Positions 1 through 8,489 of a DNA stretch of 23,687 nt are shown in pieces. Under the pieces are notes generated by a model. It saw only the letters and a list, made by a program, of their open reading frames with translations. It had not been told where the DNA came from and ran no database searches. Position 1 is the stretch's first letter, and each line of letters opens with the position of its first letter. The translations under genes and the position numbers were made by a program. The DNA is taken from contig DXJL01000061.1 in NCBI GenBank assembly GCA_019057635.1, positions 1-23,687 of the forward strand, read 5' to 3'. This DNA is from Candidatus Heimdallarchaeota archaeon (GTDB lineage Archaea; Asgardarchaeota; Heimdallarchaeia; Hodarchaeales; Hodarchaeaceae).

Positions 1-216
1 CCCGTACTCCGACAATTCCTTCTGAAAATCCAGTAGTCTGTTTCTCAGTCAATTCTTTGACCTTCCTCTAAAATATTGACATTAAATAGAAGAATTTTCA
101 TCTTCAAATAACAAGATTTATCAATTATATGAATAATGTAAACAATAAGAAGCAAAAAGGCCTTAAAAAGGATTGGATTAGAAGGACTCAGTTACTAATT
201 TTTTAATTTTGGATGA

Positions 217-585
217 TTGTCAGACATAATGAACCGATTTGTGCGCTTTTTCCGTAGGATCTTCACACCACCAAAATTATCCCATAATGCTTCCCGAGTA
301 GCACAGAAACGCATGGAAATTGCTTCAAAAATTAGTGATGACGAAATCTATGTGCAAACAGTTCGTAATGCTCTTCGTGTACCAGAGGCAACTGTAACAG
401 ATAAATTGACATTTGCCTTTTCCTCTTTACCAGAAGCCCCAACTAACTTCCCAAATGCAAAAGATCTTTTTTTTGATATATTAGAATTTCTCGAAATGAA
501 CGAAGAGGTAACCTCTACAGATGTGCGGCTTTTCAAAGAAGCACTTGAACATGTGAACTCTTTTGAAGAATTGATGACAGGTTAA
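217..585 (+). CDS. Hypothetical protein (122 aa; alternative ATG start at 229)
   Basis: Protein-like ORF, convergent with the GTPase gene with a 36 bp gap; no recognisable motif. Confidence 0.65.
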   Translation: MSDIMNRFVRFFRRIFTPPKLSHNASRVAQKRMEIASKISDDEIYVQTVRNALRVPEATVTDKLTFAFSSLPEAPTNFPNAKDLFFDILEFLEMNEEVTSTDVRLFKEALEHVNSFEELMTG

Positions 586-621
586 AATTAGAACTTATCC
601 TAGAATATCGTCTATTTTTGC

Positions 622-1173
622 TTACGCAGAACTCAGGCTATTTATTTGCTCAATAAGGGAAATTGCCATGTGTTCAAATGTTTCTTGAATATGATTACCA
701 GTTTTTGCGGAAGTCTCAAAAAAATGTTCGACCTTGTATGCAGTCTGTGCTTTCTTCCCCTCTGATGTTGAAATCCGTCGTTCATCAATTAAATCATTCT
801 TATTTCCTACTAAATAAAATTTTGCATTTGGAGAATATTTTCTGAGCTGTTCTTGCCATAGTGGTATCTTTTCTAATGTATCGGGACGCGTAAGGTCATA
901 AACTAGTAGGGCACCAGATACCCCCTGAAAAAAGACACGTCCAACTTGAGTGGACCTAGTATGACCACCCAGATCCCAGATTTGTAATCCAACTCTTACA
1001 TCTTCTCCATCCAAAGTTAAATTCACAGATTTTACAAGAAAATTTGCACCAATGGTAGCCATATAATCGCCTGGAAAACGATCTTCCACATAACGAAGTA
1101 CCATAGAAGATTTTCCCACACGAAATTCACCAAGAAGTAATATCTTGGCGAGAAAGTTGAAATTTAGCGACAT
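622..1173 (-). CDS. Rab-like small GTPase (Ras superfamily)
   Basis: G1 GEFRVGKS, G2 ATIGANF, G3 WDLGGH, G4 NKND, G5 TSAK; RabF-like LQIW and LVYDLT; no C-terminal Cys prenylation motif. Confidence 0.95.
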   Translation of the reverse strand: MSLNFNFLAKILLLGEFRVGKSSMVLRYVEDRFPGDYMATIGANFLVKSVNLTLDGEDVRVGLQIWDLGGHTRSTQVGRVFFQGVSGALLVYDLTRPDTLEKIPLWQEQLRKYSPNAKFYLVGNKNDLIDERRISTSEGKKAQTAYKVEHFFETSAKTGNHIQETFEHMAISLIEQINSLSSA

Positions 1174-1363
1174 ATCGGTTCAAATCTGGAGCACAAAGGT
1201 GATTGAATATTACAAATATTCTGTGATATAGAAGTAAAAAAAGGTTTTCACATCGTCTTAAGAAAAGCTTTGTTTTGTCACCTTTTGGTGAAGATAAATG
1301 GAAACAATAATGATAAACGATTCAGAAAACTCTAAATGATGTTCATAAAATCGATACACGATT

Positions 1364-1657
1364 TTGATGAGACAATTTTTTAGAAATTTTGGGGAAATAA
1401 GAAAGATGATACGAAGAGAGAACCATTCTCAAAGTGTTATTCGCGTCTGTCCAATTTGTCTGAAGAGTACGTTATCAATACAACCTAGTTTTTTGACGTT
1501 TATTGTACCTTCTACATATTCCTGCTCAAACTGTGACTACAAAGGGCCTATATTTGCAGAAGTCCCTGTTGAAGATTATATTCAGCTACTTAATGAAAAA
1601 GAAGGGAATACTGAGCAATTGCATGTAAATGTGGACATTATAGAAGATGACGAATAG
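1364..1657 (+). CDS. Small Zn-ribbon protein (start uncertain: 1364, 1367 or 1406)
   Basis: CPIC...CSNCDYKGP, two CxxC pairs; overlaps the start of the M20 peptidase by 11 bp. Confidence 0.7.
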   Translation: MMRQFFRNFGEIRKMIRRENHSQSVIRVCPICLKSTLSIQPSFLTFIVPSTYSCSNCDYKGPIFAEVPVEDYIQLLNEKEGNTEQLHVNVDIIEDDE

Positions 1658-2780
1658 TTTATCAATTGTAAAGAATTTAATTCGGATAAATACCGAAAAT
1701 CCACCCGGAGAAACTACCGAAATTATTAATTGGATTGAACAATGGGCGAAAACCGAGAATATTCCTGCAAAAGTCCAATGGTATGAAAAGAAAAAAGGAA
1801 ATATTCAATTAACTGTCGGTGATGCCGATAAAACCATACTTATTTGCGGACATCTAGATACTGTTCCAATTGGTGATATTAATAATTGGAATTATGATCC
1901 AGTTGGTGGAGCAGAGACAAACGATCATATTTATGGAAGAGGATCCGCTGATATGAAATCAGGGGTGGCTGTTGCTCTTAGTACTCTTAAAAGAATTAAT
2001 AGTGAGTTAAAAACCTCAGAAATGCAGTATAGCATCACTTTCTTGGGGACTAGTGATGAAGAAGTGGGATTGGGAGGAGTTAAGGCCTCATTAGAACTAG
2101 GTTTATTAGATAAAGCGGAGTTTCTTATCATCCCTGAACCGACTGGTTTGAAAGTTGGTATTGCAGAAAAGGGAGTTCTCTGGTTATCAATAATTGCTTC
2201 AGGTAAAACTGCTCATGGTTCAACCCCTGAAAAAGGAATAAATGCGATTGAAGAAATTGTAAAACTGTTTCCCATCCTTCATTCGTCGGTACCTAATCAT
2301 GTAGATGGCATTCTTGGAAAGAGTACACTCAACATCGGAGTTATTCAGGGTGGGAATATCGCTAATGTGGTTCCAGAACGAGCTGAGGTTCAGTGTGATT
2401 TTCGACTTGTTCCCCCCATTCAACCAGCGGATTTTAGCAATACGTTAACTCAAAAAATTGCAGATTTTGCCCTCGAAAGCCCAGCAAAGTTTGAATGTCA
2501 AGTTAAGCAGGCTATGCCAGTAATAAAATCCTCTGAGGATAACTATTTTGTTAAGAAATTTCTAGAAAAATCTGGAACTCAACAACTTTCAGGGTTAAAT
2601 TACGCAACGGATGGAGCGATCTTAGTATCTAAAGCTCCAAAAGAGCTTCCTTTTGTCCTTTATGGTCCTGGAAATCCCAAAAAAATTCATATATCTGATG
2701 AACGTGTTAGTATCCAAGAAATACACGCTGCTGAACAGACTTTCATGGACTTCCTAACCGAAGTGTGTTTCTCAAGATAG
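1647..2780 (+). CDS. M20 family metallopeptidase/deacylase (ArgE/DapE-like)
   Basis: GHLDTVP, YGRGSADMKSG, DEE, IPEPT, GKTAHGS, NVVP, YGPG...IHISDE motifs. Confidence 0.93.
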   Translation: MTNSLSIVKNLIRINTENPPGETTEIINWIEQWAKTENIPAKVQWYEKKKGNIQLTVGDADKTILICGHLDTVPIGDINNWNYDPVGGAETNDHIYGRGSADMKSGVAVALSTLKRINSELKTSEMQYSITFLGTSDEEVGLGGVKASLELGLLDKAEFLIIPEPTGLKVGIAEKGVLWLSIIASGKTAHGSTPEKGINAIEEIVKLFPILHSSVPNHVDGILGKSTLNIGVIQGGNIANVVPERAEVQCDFRLVPPIQPADFSNTLTQKIADFALESPAKFECQVKQAMPVIKSSEDNYFVKKFLEKSGTQQLSGLNYATDGAILVSKAPKELPFVLYGPGNPKKIHISDERVSIQEIHAAEQTFMDFLTEVCFSR

Positions 2781-2824
2781 AAAAAATGTGAAAAATGAAT
2801 ATCTTAAGTATTAGGAAAGATTTT

Positions 2825-3256
2825 TCAAGCAAGATCGTTAATGAATTGTTCTTGTTCATCAGTTTCAATTGCTAAAGGATTAATATTGCGTACTCTACGA
2901 ATTGCTTCTTTAGATTCTACTTGATCAAGTATTTTAATCAATGATGCCAGAATAGTGCCAGTTCGTCCATAACCCGCTGTGCAATGTATAAGTACAGGAA
3001 AATTTGGCTTTAATTTTTGTTGTTGTGACAAAAATTTCATTATCTCTGAAATGTCTTCAGAAGAGGGAATACCATAATCAATGATTGGTCTATGTAAGTA
3101 TGCAACATCTAGTAATCGTGATAATTCCTCGGATGTACTGTCTTCTTGTAAGCAGATAATTCCTGCTAAATCTATACTTTTAAGAAATGGAAGGTCAGAT
3201 ATCTGTGGTTGACTTGCTCCACCAAACCTTTCTTTATCTACCCAGTAGAGAATCAA
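2825..3256 (-). CDS. Dual-specificity/tyrosine protein phosphatase (CX5R)
   Basis: HCTAGYGRTG P-loop, IIDYGIP general-acid loop, C-terminal AIETDEQ; TTG start 2 bp after the pncA stop. Confidence 0.92.
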   Translation of the reverse strand: MILYWVDKERFGGASQPQISDLPFLKSIDLAGIICLQEDSTSEELSRLLDVAYLHRPIIDYGIPSSEDISEIMKFLSQQQKLKPNFPVLIHCTAGYGRTGTILASLIKILDQVESKEAIRRVRNINPLAIETDEQEQFINDLA

Positions 3257-3258
3257 TT

Positions 3259-3942
3259 TTAAAACCTTAAATCTTTCAGTAATATAAAACGGACTTGATT
3301 CGATTCCAAATCAGTTAATACTTTAGTAAGAACTGATTCCTCTGTATAAACAGGTTTTGTCAAATCAAGAATAACATAGACATCAAAATCCAGTATTCTT
3401 GCATCGAGAGCAGTGTATTTAACACAATAATCCAAAGCCAACCCGCAAATGAAAACATTGGTTATATTAAATGCCTTCAGATACTCATTTAATCCTGTTT
3501 TTGTTTTTTTATCGTTTTCTAGAAAGGCAGAATAGGAATCAAGACTCTTATGATACCCTTTTCTAAGAATCATATTGGCCAATTTCTGATCAAGATTTGG
3601 TGCGAATTCAGCTCCCTTAGACCCTTGTACACAATGATCTGGCCAGAGAACTGGGCCCAATCCTGGACCAGAATATTCATCAAACGGATTTTTTCCAGTA
3701 TGAACACTAGCAAATGAATGGTGATCAGGTGGATGCCAATCTTGAGTAAAAACAATCTGATTATTTTGAGAAAAAAAGTTTCCTAAGTCATTGATTCCAG
3801 GAATTATTGTATCTCCATCTGTCACAGCAAGGCTCCCTCCAGGTAAAAAATCATTTTGCATGTCAATAACTAATAATCCGTCAGAATCAGTTATTTTTAT
3901 CGGAGAGCTTAAGTTCACATTAATATGCATATTTTTCCTCAT
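3259..3942 (-). CDS. pncA: Nicotinamidase/pyrazinamidase
   Basis: VIDMQNDFLPGGSL, TQDWHP, WPDHCVQG, RKG, ALDYCV (Asp-Lys-Cys triad); adjacent to pncB. Confidence 0.94.
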   Translation of the reverse strand: MRKNMHINVNLSSPIKITDSDGLLVIDMQNDFLPGGSLAVTDGDTIIPGINDLGNFFSQNNQIVFTQDWHPPDHHSFASVHTGKNPFDEYSGPGLGPVLWPDHCVQGSKGAEFAPNLDQKLANMILRKGYHKSLDSYSAFLENDKKTKTGLNEYLKAFNITNVFICGLALDYCVKYTALDARILDFDVYVILDLTKPVYTEESVLTKVLTDLESNQVRFILLKDLRF

Positions 3943-3992
3943 CCACTTGATCGTGATATACGTATCCGTCTCGGATTGATATAAATTCCTAC

Positions 3993-5192
3993 CTATTTTC
4001 TTAACACATCGAGTTGTTCACGAATATAAACTCTTATTTCTTCGACAGATGGTTTCTCACGAATTCTTTTCCCTTTCTCAATTTGTTTTGTTAATAACGG
4101 TTTCATTGTAATCTTACAGTTCTTACAGCGCACATCCACGTTTTTCCACTGCATTACTTTTATTTTTAGACACTTTTCGCATCTAAGAACTTTCTTTCTC
4201 CCAGAAAATTTCCCTCGTTTTGCTACGGGCTTCCACCCTCCATTCTCATCAGCTAACGCAACAATGTCCAAGGCAAAATCAATTGGTGGCGCGGCACTAA
4301 TTTCACTTCCAATACCGAATCCATCAACGAAATCTACATACTCAAGAACATCTTCTTCACCTAGGCCACCTGAGATATATAATTTTACATCGGAAAAACC
4401 TCGGTGATCCAGCTCCCACCTTACCTCTTGAATGATACTTTTGAAATTTCCCCTGCGAGAGGAAGGAGTATCCAATCTAACTCCTGCTAAATTTGAAATC
4501 GCTTCAGCAGCCAGAATAGCTTCAATTTTTTCGTCATAATAAGTGTCGATTAAGGCAATTCTGGGAATATTACTTGATACATGGGTATCAAATGCTTTCC
4601 AAGCAGTTACTTGATCTTGAAAGAGAATGATGAGAGAATGAGGAATCGTACCTGTAGGTGATATTCCTAACTTTTCAGCTCCTAGGATACAACTGATTCC
4701 ATCACAACCTCCAATGTAGGCGCAATATGATACGACTGGAGTAATAGCAGGATGAGCTCTGCGAGCTCCGAAACTTAGGACTGATTTATCCTTGGCTGCT
4801 AATCGTATTCGAGCAGTTTTTGTGGTCATACCACTCTTAGAGCAGATGAAACCGAGTAGAGGAGTTTCATATTTACCAAAACTAAGATATCTTCCAATAA
4901 TAACTATTGTGGGAATTTTTACTCCATTCTCATCTTCTTTTTGAAAAATAGACCCCTCAGGCATCGTATAAACGTCAATATCCAGACCAGCCAACAGATC
5001 AAGAATATCTTCTATACCTGCTAGGACTCCCCAGTTAGATCCTTTTATTGAAGAGGCAGTTACCTCAACAACTACCATTTGATCACGTGATGCCTTTTTC
5101 AATACCTCTTCGGTCCGTAAGAAATAAACATCAGTTGTCTTGGCATTCCTTATCTCGGCCTCAGTTGCTAAAAAAAATGAATTCTCGCCCAA
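3993..5192 (-). CDS. pncB: Nicotinate phosphoribosyltransferase, archaeal type, with C-terminal CxxC...CxxC
   Basis: TTDVYF, SFGARRAHP, GTIPHS, LIDTY, GVRLDTPSSRRG, AKRGKFSG; TTG start preceded by SD-like GGTGA. Confidence 0.94.
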   Translation of the reverse strand: MGENSFFLATEAEIRNAKTTDVYFLRTEEVLKKASRDQMVVVEVTASSIKGSNWGVLAGIEDILDLLAGLDIDVYTMPEGSIFQKEDENGVKIPTIVIIGRYLSFGKYETPLLGFICSKSGMTTKTARIRLAAKDKSVLSFGARRAHPAITPVVSYCAYIGGCDGISCILGAEKLGISPTGTIPHSLIILFQDQVTAWKAFDTHVSSNIPRIALIDTYYDEKIEAILAAEAISNLAGVRLDTPSSRRGNFKSIIQEVRWELDHRGFSDVKLYISGGLGEEDVLEYVDFVDGFGIGSEISAAPPIDFALDIVALADENGGWKPVAKRGKFSGRKKVLRCEKCLKIKVMQWKNVDVRCKNCKITMKPLLTKQIEKGKRIREKPSVEEIRVYIREQLDVLRK

Positions 5193-5444
5193 TTATTCTC
5201 ACCGTTAAATGCTAATGGATTTGTTATAATACGCTTATAAGCTAGTTCTTTAATCATTAATCTGTTTACTTAGCGTGTAAGATGAACATATTTTTGCGTA
5301 AATACATATAAATCATATTACGAAAATCTACTTCAAAGATTCTTTCTCATAAAATGTATTAAAACCCAGAATGAGCTACCTAAAACAAACAAATCATAAT
5401 CAAATTACTATTGTATAAAAATCATTCCTAAAAGAGGGTAAAAT

Positions 5445-5996
5445 GTGCCATTATATAAAATATGTCTGTTAGGAGACGGAGGAGTCGGAAAAACGTCACT
5501 TCGAGAGCGATTTTTGGGAAAAGGTTTCCAAAGTGGCTATATTTTAACAATAGGAGCTGATTTTGCCGTTCAAAATCTTACTATTAGAGATATTCAGTAC
5601 AAATTCCAAATCTGGGATTTAGCAGGACAACAGCGATTCTCTGCAGTTCGGGCATTATATTATAAAGGCTCACATGGAGCGATCTTAGTTTTTGATCAGA
5701 CCCGTCTAGACTCTCTTTATAGCTTAGATAATTGGAAACAGGAACTTTACACTAATGTTGGTCGAGAAATTCCCTTTGTCATTTTAGGCAATAAAAGCGA
5801 TCTGCCTGGTGCTATAGATCAAGAACAAATTGATCGATTCGTTAAAAAATCACACTCAGAAACTCAAGATATCCCTTTTAATCTTAAATATTTAAAAACA
5901 TCAGCCAAATCTGGTTTAAATGTAACAGAAGCATTTGAGCAATTGGCTATCATCATTGGAGAATATATTGAGGAATACAAAAAGCGTAATTTCTAA
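5445..5996 (+). CDS. Rab-like small GTPase
   Basis: GDGGVGKT, TIGADF, FQIWDLAGQQRF, YYKGS, LVFD, NKSD, TSAK; basic C-terminus YKKRNF without Cys. Confidence 0.96.
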   Translation: MPLYKICLLGDGGVGKTSLRERFLGKGFQSGYILTIGADFAVQNLTIRDIQYKFQIWDLAGQQRFSAVRALYYKGSHGAILVFDQTRLDSLYSLDNWKQELYTNVGREIPFVILGNKSDLPGAIDQEQIDRFVKKSHSETQDIPFNLKYLKTSAKSGLNVTEAFEQLAIIIGEYIEEYKKRNF

Positions 5997-6000
5997 TCTT

Positions 6001-6843
6001 TCACAACGATGAAATAAAAATGGATATTTCTTCGGGTGCATGAAAAACTCGAAACTCATCGCTTAATTTTTGTGTATTTAGCTGGTCGATGGATCGTACA
6101 TAAATCTCTATTTCTTCATCCACAGCAAAATTTCCTGGGTACTTTTCAACGCATTTTCGGCATCCTACACAAAATTCTGGCAGAAATTCAACATCTGAAT
6201 ATTTTTTTGAGTCCAAAGCACCGAAAACGCACACTTTCGTGTCAAAATCTTGAGATTTAAGAGGTTTTTTTTGTCGTACTGGTAGGCTTGAAGTGACAGA
6301 GTCAATTCCTCTATCGGTCGGAAAAATTCCAATCAATTGCCCTGCTTTTTTCCCAGCCGATAGAATATTTAGAATCATCGAATCGTTTATTCCTAAAGTA
6401 AGTTTCGCGACAGAATTTGATGTTAATGGACTAGCAACGATACATTTTAAATTGTGATTAGCTAACCAAATACCTTTCGCAAAAGTTGGATCTTTCGGTA
6501 AGGCTGAATAGTCGACATTAGATTTTCTTAGTAATTGTCCTATATTATGATCCAAAACAAACTGGCTTTCAAATAAGAACTGGAAATTTGTATTTTTCAG
6601 GTTCAATTTACTTAAATTCCAGAAAAAACCATATCTATTGTAAACTAAGGCGCCTGCATCTGAAAAAATCACTAGAATTGGATATTTTTTCAAAAGTAGA
6701 TTTACAAAGATTCGATAATTCTCATTAAAAAAATCTCCCCCTCCTGTTATGCACCAAACTATAAGATTATTCTCATGATTGGCAACAAAAGATGTTAAGG
6801 TACTATTTTCTCGTGAATGAGTGTTTTGACCAATTTTTGTCAG
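6001..6843 (-). CDS. Archaeal flavoprotein with Fe-S insert (AfpA/DmrX-like); start uncertain, ORF track gives 6693
   Basis: SPLTSNSVAKLTLGINDSMI, FPTD, CVGCRKC, VRSIDQLN; the family N-terminal motif IVWCITGGG lies in frame upstream of 6693 (Trp codon 6756-6754). Confidence 0.78.
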   Translation of the reverse strand: MTKIGQNTHSRENSTLTSFVANHENNLIVWCITGGGDFFNENYRIFVNLLLKKYPILVIFSDAGALVYNRYGFFWNLSKLNLKNTNFQFLFESQFVLDHNIGQLLRKSNVDYSALPKDPTFAKGIWLANHNLKCIVASPLTSNSVAKLTLGINDSMILNILSAGKKAGQLIGIFPTDRGIDSVTSSLPVRQKKPLKSQDFDTKVCVFGALDSKKYSDVEFLPEFCVGCRKCVEKYPGNFAVDEEIEIYVRSIDQLNTQKLSDEFRVFHAPEEISIFISSL

Positions 6844-6851
6844 TTTGCAGC

Positions 6852-7703
6852 CTAACCTGTTTCTTCAATAGATCCGATATCACAGTCTGGTCCAACCTTA
6901 ACTTTTTTTCCAATTACAGTTTTCGCGTTAACTCCTTCAAGATAAACCTGCCCACCAGATTTAATATTATTTACCTTCAAAGATCCTTTTCTGGAATTTT
7001 GCTCAATATAAATGTCTCCTCCACACACTAAATCATCATCAATTCTGCAATTCCCGTTTAACTCAGAAGTGAATTCGTTCTTACACTCCACCGATCCAAA
7101 AATTTTGTAACTCCCTGAGAATTCAGCTTTATCACAAACTACGTCGCCTTCAACTTTAATAGCCCCACTAGATATAACAGAAGCATTTTTACCTAATAGA
7201 GAACCCTCTATTTTACCTGAACCTGACAATGCAAAACGTTCATGAACTGTCAATTCCCCATTAACTTTAAATGAACCTGATGATAGAAAACTACCTGCTT
7301 CAATTGGGCCTTCAGCCTTTAGTGAACCAGAAATTTTTAAAGAATCAGTTTTAAGGTTTCCTGGTAAAGTTCCAGATCCAGAAATTTTAATCTCTTCGTC
7401 ACTAACTTTTCCAGAACCTGAAATCGTGATTGTACCACCTTTCCAACCTTCTATTCGTCCTGAACCGGATATTGTCACATATGAGTCAGTCACTTTTCCA
7501 GAACCTGAGATTGAAATATAAGATAAATTTCTAAGAATACTGTGTTCTTTGAGTACACTAACTTCCTCTTGAAGTTTTACACTGTATTTCTCCTTTAATT
7601 CTTTATATTCAGCCTCTGTGATCTCATCAGCATGTAATCGTATTTCTAATGCTTTAATTAACGTTTTAAGGTCTTCAATTTCTTTATTCGACACTGGTTT
7701 CAA
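6852..7703 (-). CDS. Bactofilin-like (polymer-forming, beta-helix) protein with N-terminal SHOCT-like helix pair
   Basis: Many (I/V)SGSG(K/R)(V/I) repeats ending VIGKKVKVGPDCDIGSIE, as in YhbE/YhbF-type proteins; N-terminal DEITEAEYKELKEK. Confidence 0.78.
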   Translation of the reverse strand: MKPVSNKEIEDLKTLIKALEIRLHADEITEAEYKELKEKYSVKLQEEVSVLKEHSILRNLSYISISGSGKVTDSYVTISGSGRIEGWKGGTITISGSGKVSDEEIKISGSGTLPGNLKTDSLKISGSLKAEGPIEAGSFLSSGSFKVNGELTVHERFALSGSGKIEGSLLGKNASVISSGAIKVEGDVVCDKAEFSGSYKIFGSVECKNEFTSELNGNCRIDDDLVCGGDIYIEQNSRKGSLKVNNIKSGGQVYLEGVNAKTVIGKKVKVGPDCDIGSIEETG

Positions 7704-7965
7704 CCTTTTTATTCTTACAGGTTAGTAGAGTAGATATTTTCTACAAATTGTTGATATTTCTAATTCTACAAGCGTATCTATTCTATATTATATCTTAAAG
7801 CAGCAATTGTTATAAATTGTTGTAATAATCTCGGTTTAGAGCCAAAGCTCGAGAGTTTATACAGTAAACCCCAAAGTTAAAACTTCCGAATCTTTATTAA
7901 TTCGAACTCACAGGATGTTTTTTTGTTGTAAATCTTAATTTCTTAAACGAAAATGTAAACACAAT

Positions 7966-8472
7966 GTGAGGATGAATTTTCTGTCAGATAATTTAGAAAA
8001 GCGCACTGCAGAGATTTTAAAAATTCTTTCAGATCCTACAAGAAGGAAGATAATCAGCATAATTACACAAGAACCTAAAAATCCCCAAGAACTTGCCTCT
8101 CTGCTAAATATATCCCGACCTGCTATTGAAAAGCACTTGAAACTTATGAGTTCTCAATATGTAACTGAACGAACAGTTGAACCTTTTCCCTCACCCCATT
8201 ACGTATATTATGTTTCTACACCTGGTTTGGACCTTTTAAATGCAATTTCGACAGCTACTGTCATTTATTTCCAATCAATGGATGGGATAATCAACGCTGA
8301 AATAGAACAAATTGAACGTGACTTCATTTTACAAAGGATCAGCCGAAATGAGTATGAATCGCGGCATGAAAGTCTGAAACAGAAACAGATTGATCTCGCT
8401 GACTTGCAGTTAACTCGGATTTGGATAGAAGAGGCAAAAGAAATGATAGCGAAGCATGAAAGGGACTCATAA
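7966..8472 (+). CDS. ArsR/SmtB-family winged-HTH regulator with C-terminal helical extension (alternative ATG at 7972)
   Basis: LKILSDPTRRKII...ELASLLNISRPAIEKHLKLM. Confidence 0.88.
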   Translation: MRMNFLSDNLEKRTAEILKILSDPTRRKIISIITQEPKNPQELASLLNISRPAIEKHLKLMSSQYVTERTVEPFPSPHYVYYVSTPGLDLLNAISTATVIYFQSMDGIINAEIEQIERDFILQRISRNEYESRHESLKQKQIDLADLQLTRIWIEEAKEMIAKHERDS

Positions 8473-8489
8473 TGCAATACAGTGTAAAA

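Noticed and set aside
1-52. Possible 5' end of a minus-strand gene (TTG start, MTEKQTTGFSEGIVGVR)
   Set aside because: Only 17 codons visible; cannot be supported.
622-5996. Eukaryotic origin of the contig because of Rab-like genes
   Set aside because: No introns, operon layout, SD motifs, HMf-type histones, archaeal pncB and no prenylation motifs.
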